In this document: in pieces, positions 52,235 through 64,000 of the stretch
Layout: each line of letters begins with the position of its first letter
Numbering within the stretch: the first letter of the stretch is position 1
Source: Yuukianura sp. NJ FZ-2021
Taxonomy: Eukaryota
DNA: 64,000 nucleotides
Assembly (NCBI GenBank): GCA_046563655.1
Contig: CM102290.1
Span: 5,084,001-5,148,000, forward strand
Direction of reading: 5' to 3'
Notes under the pieces: generated by a model
Seen by the model: the letters and a program-made list of their open reading frames with translations, nothing else
What the model was told of the DNA's origin: nothing
Databases searched by the model: none
Program-made: the position numbers and the translations under genes

Positions 52235-53737
52235 GTCAGCGAATCTGAAAATGTAAAGCAAAGGTACAAATTATTTCCTTAATAAGGTACAACGAAGTAA
52301 TGCATTATTTTAATAAATACCGCATCTTAACCTAGCGACGCGTGGAGAAGAAAGCGGAAGTTTAATTTTTAAGGACGTGAACTGTTGGGTCAATTGATAG
52401 GAGTTGTGGTAAAAAAAAAAGTCATGATCTAAATAATGCTCAACTCTTCACTGATTCAGTAAACTACACAAATCCAACAAAGAACACAACATCCGTGTAT
52501 GAATGAGTAACATTTAAGACATTACAATTTACAACAGACCGCCAATATTTGGCACTGGCTTCCTAGCACTTTGAATTGGTCATGAGCTGCTGGTTGCTAT
52601 AACCTTAAGGGCCATATCCAAATTCTTCCAAAATCCTATCCCAGCTTATTCTGTCCTGTTCCCTTCGCATGTATTTAATTATTCTTTGTTTGGGCCGTTA
52701 CAGTCTAGTTCCGATTCTGATTAAGTAGATGGGAAGTGAAGAAATCAACACAGATTAGGTTTGAGAAGGTGTCAGAACTTTTAAAAGTTGGGATGCTTTA
52801 GGGAGACATTCCTGAAACAATTCTTCTAATCTTCTAATAATCGTCTAGGTGTTTCAAGATTTCACCAACTGATGTCCTTAAAACAACATGTATGCGGAAT
52901 TGAAATCTAGCTGAAGTATGATAAAGTTTCTTGAAAATATGAGAAGAATCGCCCCGGAGAAAGCTTAACTGTTTCGGTTTCCAAAAACCGCATCATTACT
53001 TGCAGAAATCCTACTTTCCTTTTTTCACACTGTCCCAATGAACCCAGTACTTCCACCTAAAATGAAAGTGTTTTGAACAACATCCGTGAGAATCAAATCA
53101 GTGGTTTTCCAAGTGAAATACCAAAAAAACCGATACAACACGTCTGTTGGTTATGGGGAAAGAAAATGAGTTAGACCAATTAAGAGACAAATAACAAAAC
53201 AACTTGAAAATTTACAATTGCAATATCGACAATTGCACTCCAACATGAAAATTTTCCTTTGTACTTCCGCTTCTTATATTCCCGGTTGAGACGACATTGA
53301 ACTACCTTGCAGAACTGTTGCTGTTGGGGAGTCTTATTCCTCTGTCGGTGATTAAATCTGTGCCAAATGTTAAAAAAGAGAAAGTGGATTGGATTAAGCC
53401 TCATAACACTCAAAGTCAAGTCTTCAGTGAAGATTTGACACAGGAGAGCACCTAAGAATGTGAGTAGTGTTGTTGGCCATCGTGGGACACAAGCAGTTCA
53501 GAAAGGAAGTACTTTGCCAAACTTACCAAATATTTACCATCTTAGGGAAAAAACGACACATACTTTTGAACCCCACCACAGTCAGCCTTTGCGTCTCAGC
53601 AGTGTCACTTCCCTCAGTCACCTACTTTTCACCCGATTTGAGTAGACCACACACTTTATTCAAAATTTCCATTTCAAAATCATCTTCAGTGGACATTTTC
53701 AAATTTCACCTTCAATACTAAACATAATTAAGTCGAA

Positions 53738-56209
53738 ATGGAGTCAACCAGAACTTGCGTTACTATTTTTACGGGAGCCATCGTAATTTTCCTTATTGTT
53801 CAATTCACGAGTGTCCAATCCGGTGTTACCACTTTCAGAGTATACAATGAAAAACGAATTTTGAACAGACTTGCTTCAGCTCCTTTAGTTTCTGCTAATA
53901 AGGTTCAATTTTCCCACCGATCTGGCGTCCATGATCAAATGCCCCCTAAGACTCCTCTGTCGGATGGCAAAGAACGTCGCAGAAAACGGAAGAAGAGAAT
54001 ACGCAAGATCATTCGGAAGAGACCGACGAGCACGACAACTCATTTGACCACTGCAGCACAGGATTTTGAGCTTGAACAGATCAATCCTTTGAATAATTAC
54101 AATAATAGAGACATCGAGATTTATGACCGTCGAAGGACTCGGAGGAAGCGACCGCGGCAAGGTGGACCCAAGGAATCATCGGACTTGCAACGAGCCGAAT
54201 CGGGTAATCCATTTGTTAACAGCACAGCTCCAATTTCTTCTGACTTTGCTGGTGATGGTGGCCTTCGGTTTCATCTTCAAATTTTGCACCCCCTTCTTAA
54301 TGAAGACTCGGTTCTAAGTCATCATGAACCCAAGGTTCCAGAAAACAAAACAGTCAAAATATTGCATCAATTGAGTGACGAAGTTGCTGGTGAAATTCCA
54401 GTGGCTCCAGATCTCAAAAAGATACGCAGAAAGCATCCGCTACAGAATCCTGATTCCGTCATATCCGGCCAAACTCAAGTGTCTAAGAATGAACCAACAA
54501 CGGTTGTCAGCAGTAATTCCAGAAGGCGTGAGGAAGCTGATGGCAAGGCTAGAAACAAAAATCGACAGTCAACGACAGAGAAAACGCGAAAAGATAATGT
54601 GACATTTGTGCAACCGTACAATGTACGACAGACGAGCACGACGTACCCGCCCGTCACTTCAAAACCTGTTGTATCAACGTCGCGCCCCAGAAGCCCGAAA
54701 ACTACCACAACAACGACGACATCCACAACGACAACTACGACTGCGCCAACCACAGTTTCAACAACTGTGTCTACCACAGCTCGACCAACAATTCGGCTAA
54801 CAAATCCACCTCTTACCATTGAAACAATCACCACAACAAGTACAGAGAGACCGTCGTCCACCATAATTTTGAGTCCATTAGCTTATACCCCCACCGCAAT
54901 TCCAAATCAATCACTTCTCGACAACGGAAATCCACAAGTTATTATTTTCCCACCAGAAGACACCGCTCCCCATTTAACCACAGCAGGCATTGGATCAACT
55001 ACCGCCATTTCCCCAGAACAGGAAATACTAAATCAACTACTGGGCCTCGGTCAGCCACCTTCTCCAAGTGGTAACAATTTACAACGACCAGGGCAACCCA
55101 GCTCCATTGGTGGCAACAATAACTTCTTTGACCTATTTAATTTATTTCAATCAACCACTCCTTTAAACCAACTAATCCCTACCACCACCACGCCGAGACC
55201 ATATCCAGCCTATCCAGCATCCACTACAACAAGACGTACAACAACCCAGGCACCTAAACCATCCTCCACAACTCCAACTCCAGTCACAATCAGGGCAAAT
55301 CCAACTCAGTCGCAAGCTCAATTGGATAATCTGCTACAACTGAGTCTGCTAGAAGGGCTTCTCCAAGGAAACTTACAAGGCTCAGGTCAGCAACCCGGAG
55401 CGGTAAATCAAAATGACCTGACGTCTCTGTTGGCACTTCTGGGAACACAGACGAATGTGGTCCAAAGGCCACCAGTAGTGCAGACGACGCTACCACCTCC
55501 TACGCCGACTAGCCCCACCTCATTGCAAGCCGCCCTGAGTAATATGTTATCGGTTTTGACGAATCCGTTTGGACAGCAGCAGAGACGCACCCCACAACCT
55601 CCACAGCAATCAACGTCAGTCTTCGGAAACGGCGGAAACATTTTTCAAGGAAGTAGGAATGTTGGTGGAGCATATGGTGGAGGTGGAGAATCAATCTTCT
55701 CTGGTGGAAACGGTGGCGTCTTTGGCGGTAATTCACTCTTCAATTTGAGTCCTGGAGCATCCTCTCAAAGGACAACAGTAGTGCCCAATCCCAGTACAAC
55801 TCCATCTACCGCAAACTCCGAAAATGACATTTTGAAACAATTGATTCAACTTGGCATTGACGCAGATCAGGGAGAAAAAAAACACAGTACTCAACCTAAG
55901 GTATCGAAGAAACCACCGCCGGGTCCATCATCAGCATCGGCTCTGGATATCCAATCCATCCTGTCACAAAATTGGCGAGGACATGACAGTTCACCGATTC
56001 AAAGCCCAGGAGCAACACATCAACCGTCCGAGACTATGCAACTGCTCAACGTCCTGTTCAACAATAATAATCCGACACCCAGACCGAGTGGTCCTTATTG
56101 GTGGTTAGATATGAATGCTTTCATGGGAAAAGACCAAAATGCACATGCAATGGCAGGAGTTCGGCCAAAGTTGGGTCAGAGAGAATACTTCATTAAAGTC
56201 CGAAGATAA
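53738..56209 (+). CDS. Secreted mucin-like low-complexity protein, 823 aa, single exon
   Basis: Long uninterrupted ORF with a signal peptide (VTIFTGAIVIFLIVQFTSVQS), polybasic clusters, Thr/Pro tracts and a Gln/Gly/Phe-rich region. AATAAA at ~56399. Confidence 0.8.
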   Translation: MESTRTCVTIFTGAIVIFLIVQFTSVQSGVTTFRVYNEKRILNRLASAPLVSANKVQFSHRSGVHDQMPPKTPLSDGKERRRKRKKRIRKIIRKRPTSTTTHLTTAAQDFELEQINPLNNYNNRDIEIYDRRRTRRKRPRQGGPKESSDLQRAESGNPFVNSTAPISSDFAGDGGLRFHLQILHPLLNEDSVLSHHEPKVPENKTVKILHQLSDEVAGEIPVAPDLKKIRRKHPLQNPDSVISGQTQVSKNEPTTVVSSNSRRREEADGKARNKNRQSTTEKTRKDNVTFVQPYNVRQTSTTYPPVTSKPVVSTSRPRSPKTTTTTTTSTTTTTTAPTTVSTTVSTTARPTIRLTNPPLTIETITTTSTERPSSTIILSPLAYTPTAIPNQSLLDNGNPQVIIFPPEDTAPHLTTAGIGSTTAISPEQEILNQLLGLGQPPSPSGNNLQRPGQPSSIGGNNNFFDLFNLFQSTTPLNQLIPTTTTPRPYPAYPASTTTRRTTTQAPKPSSTTPTPVTIRANPTQSQAQLDNLLQLSLLEGLLQGNLQGSGQQPGAVNQNDLTSLLALLGTQTNVVQRPPVVQTTLPPPTPTSPTSLQAALSNMLSVLTNPFGQQQRRTPQPPQQSTSVFGNGGNIFQGSRNVGGAYGGGGESIFSGGNGGVFGGNSLFNLSPGASSQRTTVVPNPSTTPSTANSENDILKQLIQLGIDADQGEKKHSTQPKVSKKPPPGPSSASALDIQSILSQNWRGHDSSPIQSPGATHQPSETMQLLNVLFNNNNPTPRPSGPYWWLDMNAFMGKDQNAHAMAGVRPKLGQREYFIKVRR

Positions 56210-59200
56210 GAAACACTGTTCTTATGAAATACGAGAATGAACTTACTTCCTCATATGAATGGCCCTCCCTTAGCAAGATTATGGAAAACCGACCGGTATA
56301 ACAGGACGGGTGTTTAACTGTTTCTGTCCCCAGGCTTGTCAAATCGGATACCCATTTAATTTTAATACTTATTTCACTAGAAAACCTAGATAAACAATAA
56401 TAAAAAGAATCATTATAACTTAGAACCTTCACGGTAATCGTTCTCGAATCTGGACGTACTACTCGGTTTGAATCAAATTCAAATGTAATGCCTTTAGACT
56501 AGACAATGTTATTTAGAAAACTTCACTTACCTTTTGAACCGGGGATGTTGATGAATAGCAATTACGTCTGACGACACGAAGGCAGGCAACTTCTCCCCAA
56601 AATGTCAGCCAATATTGGTAAATTAGATGTTAATACTCCCGACAATCATCGTCGAGAACTGATGAGGATAGTAAAATCCGTTTTCCTCAACGGGAAACAG
56701 CGGGCCACTAATACCCGGACTGCGACAGATACACGAACGAAGTTTCCGGACTTAGAAAAACCATTTAAACATGGACGGACTCTTAAAAAGTGGTAAAAAA
56801 AAACAGTACATAACTGCTAATAAGAGCAATCAAATCTTCAAAATTGAATAATATGTATTATAAATTGTATTCTTCTTTACTTTTACTTTATCCTGACTGT
56901 AATGTTATTGTATATTTTACTAAATGTTTTACTTAATCCTGATTGTAACTAAGTTCACAAAAGTGTTTCCAATTTCATGCATCGGACAGACCCCTTTCAG
57001 TCAACTGAAATAACCAGACCTTATTTTAACATTACACAAGGCGTGGTAAATTTAAAAATGTTGTAGGTATGGCTACGGTTTGGAGGAATATTTGTCTTGT
57101 ATTTCAAGCATGTCAGACATTTCAGGTCGAATTCTATAAACAGTGACCGTAAGTAAAACTTTGACTTTGCAAATTTCAACAGTAGAAAAATTTTGGTTTC
57201 AAGGCACACTTTCCAATTTCCAGGTATTGTGTAAAACTGTTGTTCTGTGGATTAGTGTACCAAAGTTGAATGACTCACGGTCGGTTTAAAAGGAGCCTTC
57301 AAATAACATAACGGTTGTTTTCAATCGCACAACAAGTCACTTCACACAGCAGAGAAAAAAAGTTTGCACCACACACAGTTGGGAATTATTGTCTTCATCG
57401 AAATTAGAATGCAATTTTTTAACTTAACATTACTTTTTTTACTACAGCGCAAACAATATTATACTAACGTATTGACGTTGTTCAGTATGGGGGGAGTTTT
57501 GCTGATTAATGTTAGGAATTTTTCCCATTAGGAATTACTACCTAAAATACGGGATATTTCTAATGCAGCGAATTATGACGCATAATTCTTAATGCAGGAA
57601 ATCCTATATTTCAAAATATAAAATATAAATATAGAATCGATGTTTATATTCTATATTTCGCTCCATATTTTGGTTTGCAATTACTCTCTAATAACCAGAA
57701 TTTTTTAATTTGGAGAAAATAACTACAAAAAAAGTAGAACGAGTTATAAAAATAGCAGACGACGACGTTCCACTTACTTTTTATGTGGCCTTGTGAAATG
57801 GTTCCCTTGAGAATCTTTGGTTTGATTCCAATTGTGTCTGAATTTGTCATAAATAGAATCCGTTTGGCTTTCGTATCTGTTTTGGTGATCAGAAAGTGTG
57901 AAGTGGCTGGTCCTCAGAGACCACTTAATTCTGCAACCATCAATCTGCACATGCTCCACTCCTTTTCCGAAAGTTCTTGAATCCATGTTCACCATTTTAG
58001 TAAATCATACTTCAGATGTAGTCATGGACTTCATTACAACTTTCAAAATTATCGTAAATCAAACATCTCGCTAAAACAGGACCAATCCGAATCCTCCTCT
58101 CAAATGTAATTGGAACTGTGAAAAGTAATTGAAACTGAATTTTATTGTGAGCAGTGTCTGCCTAATTGCTGCCAATAAATTCACATTTACGTGACACCGA
58201 AATGCCCGCCAAATTGACAAAATCTGTCCAGGGAATACTTGAAAAACATGAGAAAAAGAGAGAAAGGGAAAAAAGGGAAAATAACTTTCTCCGGTGTGAC
58301 GCTTCTCTCAACTCTCAAGTTTTTGGCTAACTCAACCAAAAAGTAAAAACTTTGTTAAACTAACTTTAGACTTAACAATCTAACATCACAATCTTATTAA
58401 CGTGATCTCATATTGGAAACGTGACTGCTCCAAACGATTTCGGAATGAGAAGAGCTGACTAATCGCCAGAATTGCACACGTCAACAGAAAAATCAAAATC
58501 TTGAACAATCATCAACCGTTGCCTTTATTTGGTTTCAGTTGACTACAACTTTTTTAAAATGGATGTCAATTGTCGAAAAAGCTGACAGCAGAAATCAGTT
58601 GACCTTTGACCTTGTGACGACAGAGCTGGAAATAGTCTGGTCAAAAATGCATTAGCTTTTAGGGAACCAGCTCATCTTTCTGTTTTGATTTGTGGGAAGA
58701 TTCTGCTTTCATCACAAAAGGTTTTCAAATATTTCGTCTTGAAAAATGCTGGCGGAACCTCAACGAAGCCGTTTCTCGTTTGAATGAACTTCGGAAGATG
58801 CTGCGTTCTCTGCAGGGAAACTTCCGCTTCCCTTAATTTTGATAAACTTGACTCTGGTTGAGGACTGGCAAGGTAGAGATTGATGGAGGCCATAAGCTTG
58901 ATATAAGCGTTTCTTCTTGTTTTTCTTTCCAGCACCCTGCGTCTGAAAGACTTGTCTCAGATGGTCTGTCTAATTCAGAGGAATCGACCCACCCAAAAAC
59001 ATCAACACAAATCCCTTCCCTCCGAATATTTATTTACAACATCAGTCACTTCATTTCCACCACAAAAGTTTCAGCACCTCCTAAAAACCAGAGTTGAGAA
59101 ATAGGCTTGGTCGTAGTGGTGGAGCAGGGAACACCAAACACCAATAAATTAACACAGGAGATCATCATGCTTCCGCCGGGAATTGCCAATTTTTTTCACA

Positions 59201-60134
59201 TTTTATGAACATTTTTACACTCAAAGTCTAAATTATTCCCAATTTTCCACTTTTCTTGTCAACTCTATACTTTTTTTAAGAAAAAAAAATGCAGAAATTG
59301 AAAAAAAAAGAGTTTCAGAGATTTGCGAAAATAAAAGTTTGAAGAGGGAAATAAGATTTGTTTATGAGTTTTTGTTGAAAGCCATAAAAATCTACTCCGT
59401 GAAACTTAAAATTTGAAATTTCCGAATTTCAATTCATGTGCCAAAATTGTTTTCATTTTAAAAACTTTTGAATGTGAGTGTTTTACATAATGGGAATATT
59501 TGCGTGGGAACTCTTGTTCAAATTTTATAACTTTTTGAATATCAAAGGTTGACCTTTGATGACCAAGTTGTCTAAATGCAAATTTTAACAAAACTTTGTC
59601 ATAAATTTTGTTTCATTTTAAGCTCCAAAATGCAAATGCAGTAAAATTCAATTCTTTTACTCTTGATCCAAAATTCGTATGTTTCGAAACGTATGGTTTG
59701 TTGTGTCTGAAAGTCATAAAAAAAACAACTGTTGTGCCCAAATTTGCAAAAACGGCTCCAGATTAATCGTTTTTGTTTTGTTTTGAAAACGTGCTGAGTT
59801 GAAAAAGCTAAGAAGTTCTTTTGGAACTGAAAAATTTTACAAATATTTGCTTCTGTGCAGCCCTTTGGAGTGATATTTAAGTTGGGGTTGGAGAACGTGC
59901 CAAAAGAAGAACTGGATGAACCTTCCATAAGAAGCTGAATGTGCAATTACTTGTATTTGAAAAGCAATTTGTTAGCTAACTTTTTAGCGCTTTTTTTTAA
60001 ATTTCGTTTTAGTCACACGTAGCCATTGAACCAGTGTGCCTCACGGCTGTACTTTACAAAAGCTTCAATAGAGAGAGGACGAGCACGTAGAATGTCATTT
60101 CAAACAAATTGGCACAGTTTTCTAACCACAACAT

Positions 60135-60590
60135 TTCAGACTTGAGTCTGAAATATCTCAGAAGCAAAAATTTCAGAAATCTGAAATTTCCAAAAAGTAA
60201 AAAAGTAATAGAACCTGAAAATTCTAAAAACCCGGGGAGCACAAAAACACGAAAATTCTGAAAAGCAAAAGTACAGAGGTGAAAGCTTTGACTATTTGAA
60301 AATTGTCAAGCATGAAAAATTCTGAAATCTGAAAATAGCCAATTCTGGAAAATTCAGAAATCTAAGAAATCTGAAGCATAAAAACTTTGAAATCTGAAAA
60401 TTGTCCAGATTGAAAAATTCTGAAATTATAAAAACTGACAAAACTGGGATGTCCAAAGTTCTGAAAATGCTTAAAACAGAAAATTGTTAATTCCGGAAAT
60501 TCTTTAAAAGGAAGAATACACAAATCTGAAAATTGTCGAATCCTAAAATATAAAATTCTGAAAATTTTTTTTTTTCATTCTGAATTTTTT
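60135..60590 (+). repeat. Degenerate array of (AAATT)CTGAAA motifs
   Basis: Many imperfect copies of ttctgaaa/atctgaaa/ttcagaaa. Confidence 0.7.
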
Positions 60591-63500
60591 TTTTCGTTTG
60601 AAATATTAGTCTCGGCATGACATCCCTCCTCTCTGTTCCTCATCGAGTTACCTTCCAGAGATTTCGTTGAAGAATCTTAGAAGAGGGGAGGGGTTCCTTT
60701 GGCCCTTGAGTAAACACTACCAGCAGAACAATGGAACTGTGTTCAAGTCAAAGCACTGCTCACTTCTTCAAAAAATCTTGTTCAAAATACCCCCCCCCCC
60801 TCAAAACCTAACCTAAAATAGAGGGGGGGGGGGTACTTGGACTTGTTCTGGAAGACGCGAACACAAGGTGGACTGTGGACTTGTTTTTTCTACGAGAGTC
60901 GAGGACTCTTGCCTAAATCAACAGTCTAGCATATTGGGTTACCTTGGCTCTCAAATGAATTCAAGTCCCCAGCGTCCCTTCAAGGGCCCACTTGAACCTA
61001 AGGCCGAAGCAGAAGCATGAGTTTGAATTTTGGGAACAATCAATCCTTACCTCAACCTCAAATGGCTCCAAGATTCAGTTTCATTTTTTGTAGTTGAATG
61101 TGTGAATAGCGGAGTGTCAAGTTTCTCACCTTCTGTGGACCACTTTGTGCATAATTAAGAACCGAACATTAATAACATGGCACGCCCACTCCATACGCGT
61201 TGTCGTGACATGACAACTGGTGGGTAGTGCGCATGTCATGTTTGGACAGGCAGAAATGGAAGTGTCACTCTCCGTTCAATGCTAAACGGATATCCATTGT
61301 GAGATGGAAGGACAGTCGTCAGACAAAAGTCTGCTGAGGGCCACAGAAGGACTTTAATTTGAAACTTATTGTTAGGTTAGGTGGAAGTTCTATTCAAAAT
61401 TTAGAGAAATTAGAAATAGAATTCTAAATGAAGAAAAAAAAGAGGCATCATGTGGTTTCCCAGGCGTGTAAATGGAATTTTGAAAATTTAAAAAAAAAAA
61501 ACGAAAATTTATTTTTTGAAAAGTTTGATCACAATATACAGTGACACGCTAAGAGAAGAATTACGGTATTTCGATCAAAATTTTGGAGGTCAGTTTTGAA
61601 ATATTCAGAATAATCTGAAATCGATAGAGTGCCATGCGGAACAACATAAAAGTAATTGGACTTGGTTCTGAAAGGCTTACGTTATTAATGAAAAATATTG
61701 ATCTACATACAATTGCATCACATTTTCAAAAAATGTACTCTTTTTTAATTTTTGAAAATTTTCAAAACGAGATCTTTACATTTTTTCGAGTAGTGATGAA
61801 TATGCGGAGTAAAATTGAATTATAAATTAAAAATATCGACAAAAAACGTTTATTCTTTTGTTTTAAACAAACTGTGCCGAAAAACTTTCTCCTTTTTAGG
61901 CGGAACAGAGGAGAAAGTTTTTTTTTTTTACACAAAAACTTTTTTTTGAAAAGAACAAAGTTTGAATTTCGAAAATGAAGTCAAAGACGTTATGCTGAGT
62001 GCCAAAAATGAAAAATTGTTAAGCTTCTTCTGTTTCTTTTCCCATTGTTTTAATTCTGTGCCGGCCATGAATTACTAAATTCAAAAGAAAAATTCATTTA
62101 AAAAAATAGTTACTTTTGGAATGGGAAACTAAGAAATTAAATTGGAAAGTTTTCAGTCTCTCTGCTGGATGCAAAAAAATATGAAAAAGTATATCTTCTC
62201 TGCCATTTTTTCAGATAAAATGATATGAAAAAACTGAAAGCCTTGTTTAGAAAACGCAGAATTTCAATTTTCAATTTCATGTTTGTTACAACACTCATAT
62301 TTCAATATAGCAACTTGACCCCGCGAGATCCAAAAGTCATTGACTTTGGCACAATAGAGACTTTTGCAAATTCGAGTCATTTGAATAATCCCTCTTCGAA
62401 AAAAGGAAATTTCAATTTTCTGTTTACTATAGAATTCTATTCTGTGAACATACTGTGCAATCTAGTCAAAACCCAAAACAACAAATCTGTAACATGCAAA
62501 ACTGTCACGCGGCAAAAAAAACTTCCAAAATTTTAGACTCAAAGTGCCCTATTGGTGAGTTTCAGATTTGCCAAATTTGTTGTGTCCACATTTGCGTTTG
62601 CCAAATTTGTTCCAAATCACAACTGGAGTGGAATCAGCTTCTGCGAAGGAACGCAGCTTTGGGCAACGGGGGGAAAACTCAAAAACTCAGACTTTGTGAA
62701 GTGGTGCTTCAAAGAAACCCAAAGTTCCACTCGCAGTTCTCGGTTCCACGTTGACTCAAACAGACGCTGTTCAAACAGGCGCTCTGTTTGAACATTTTCT
62801 AAAAACAACCCAAATCCATACTGTTCTAAACGCTTTTTGTTGTTCTAAATTCTAACTTTTCAAAAATTAAACGATCCTTAAAATCTTCGACAGTGATGCC
62901 CATATCTGCTTTTGAATTCACAAACTGCCCAACTCTGTTTTGAAAAATTCAAAATTTGGCTCCTGTCTGCCCAAATTTGGATGCTTGAAAGAGTGGAACG
63001 TGCCAAATGGATTGAAACGCCTGTTAGTCTCTCCAAGTTCAAAAAAATCAAAGTGTTAATGGTTTCACACGAGCTTCCAGTTGGCAAGTGACACATTTCA
63101 ACCCTCCGTGAAAAAGTAAGGAACGTGATCAAATCCAGTTGGGTTCATTTTGAGAAAAAAAAGTGATGGCAGAACAAGAACTGATGGAGGGAGTAACTAA
63201 TTTTTAGTCCGACTTTTGGAATCACTCTGCATGGTGTTATTTGAAAACTAGCTTTGTAGAAAATGGAAGTGAAAGTGTTTTCTCCAAAACCAAGTGATTT
63301 CTGATGTTCTAAATTTTGGTTTCAGTGAATCTCTCGGTAAGGTTTACTTTTGAATTTACAAAAGCTTAGAACTACTAATTGAAAACAGTTTTGGTTAGGT
63401 TAAGATTAAGTTAGGCTAAAAACCTAGCCTACGCTAGGCTTCCAGAAAACGTCTCCAGTGTTCCAGGAACTCCATTTCATTTAAAAAGAACTGTTTTGGG

Positions 63501-64000
63501 GGGAAAATTCAAATTTGGAGGTACGCGTGAAGCCTGTTTGTACAAAAACTCATTTTCATAATTAGCAACTTTCACCGTCTGACTTTCTCCGCGCGCCACG
63601 TTCAAAATGTCCAATTTTGGACAAGGGAAGCTAAACTGCAAATTGAATTTTCAAAACATCTCTTGAACAAAACTTTCGACTTTTCAAAAGTTTGGGTAAA
63701 GCTGACACCACTTTTTGAAATTTATAAACATCAAGGTTTCTATAGCAACGGTTGCTTCATAAGGTTAAGCAATAAGTCTTGTTTTCCAAAAATCTCGCTC
63801 CAAACTTTTTTCCACCCACGTTTCACCCAGAGTGAATCAGAGTGAATGTCTTGCCGTGATGTTCTTTCATTTTTGCAATTTTGGAAGGAAAAATATAAAA
63901 ACCGAGGTATTGCTTAACCTTATGAAGCAACAACTATTCCGTTGCTATAGAAACCTTGATAAACATCTTCTTTTGAAAATTTTTTGGATACGTTGTTTCT

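Noticed and set aside
54475..54864. Val-rich antisense ORF resembling a membrane protein
   Set aside because: It is the reverse complement of the Thr-rich tract of the 823-aa ORF.
2476..63420. Scattered TTAGG/CCTAA doublets (2476, 9119, 17553, 30693, 60806, 61371, 63392) as telomeric sequence
   Set aside because: Only 2-3 imperfect units each, not a telomeric array.

Overview
Eukaryotic, AT-rich, intron-containing animal genomic DNA. It looks arthropod-like from the short introns, scattered TTAGG-type motifs and MITEs, but the organism cannot be fixed from the sequence. In order, the window holds: (1) a minus-strand ORF running off the left edge with a LOTUS/OST-HTH-like N-terminus; (2) a nested stack of non-autonomous DNA transposons carrying a perfect 19-bp minisatellite; (3) a spliced orphan gene; (4) a PDHX/E3BP-like gene that appears to lack both the lipoyl domain and the catalytic His; (5) an FGF8/17/18-like gene on the minus strand, rebuilt by hand from phase-consistent exons, followed by a ~25 kb gene-poor region; (6) TTC28 (TPR + CHAT); (7) a 4-exon secreted ricin-B-type lectin that the ORF track hides; (8) MED18; (9) an 823-aa secreted Thr/Pro-rich protein. 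There is one 100-N scaffold gap. I saw no rRNA, tRNA or CRISPR array. All family calls come from motif recognition by eye; no database searches were run.
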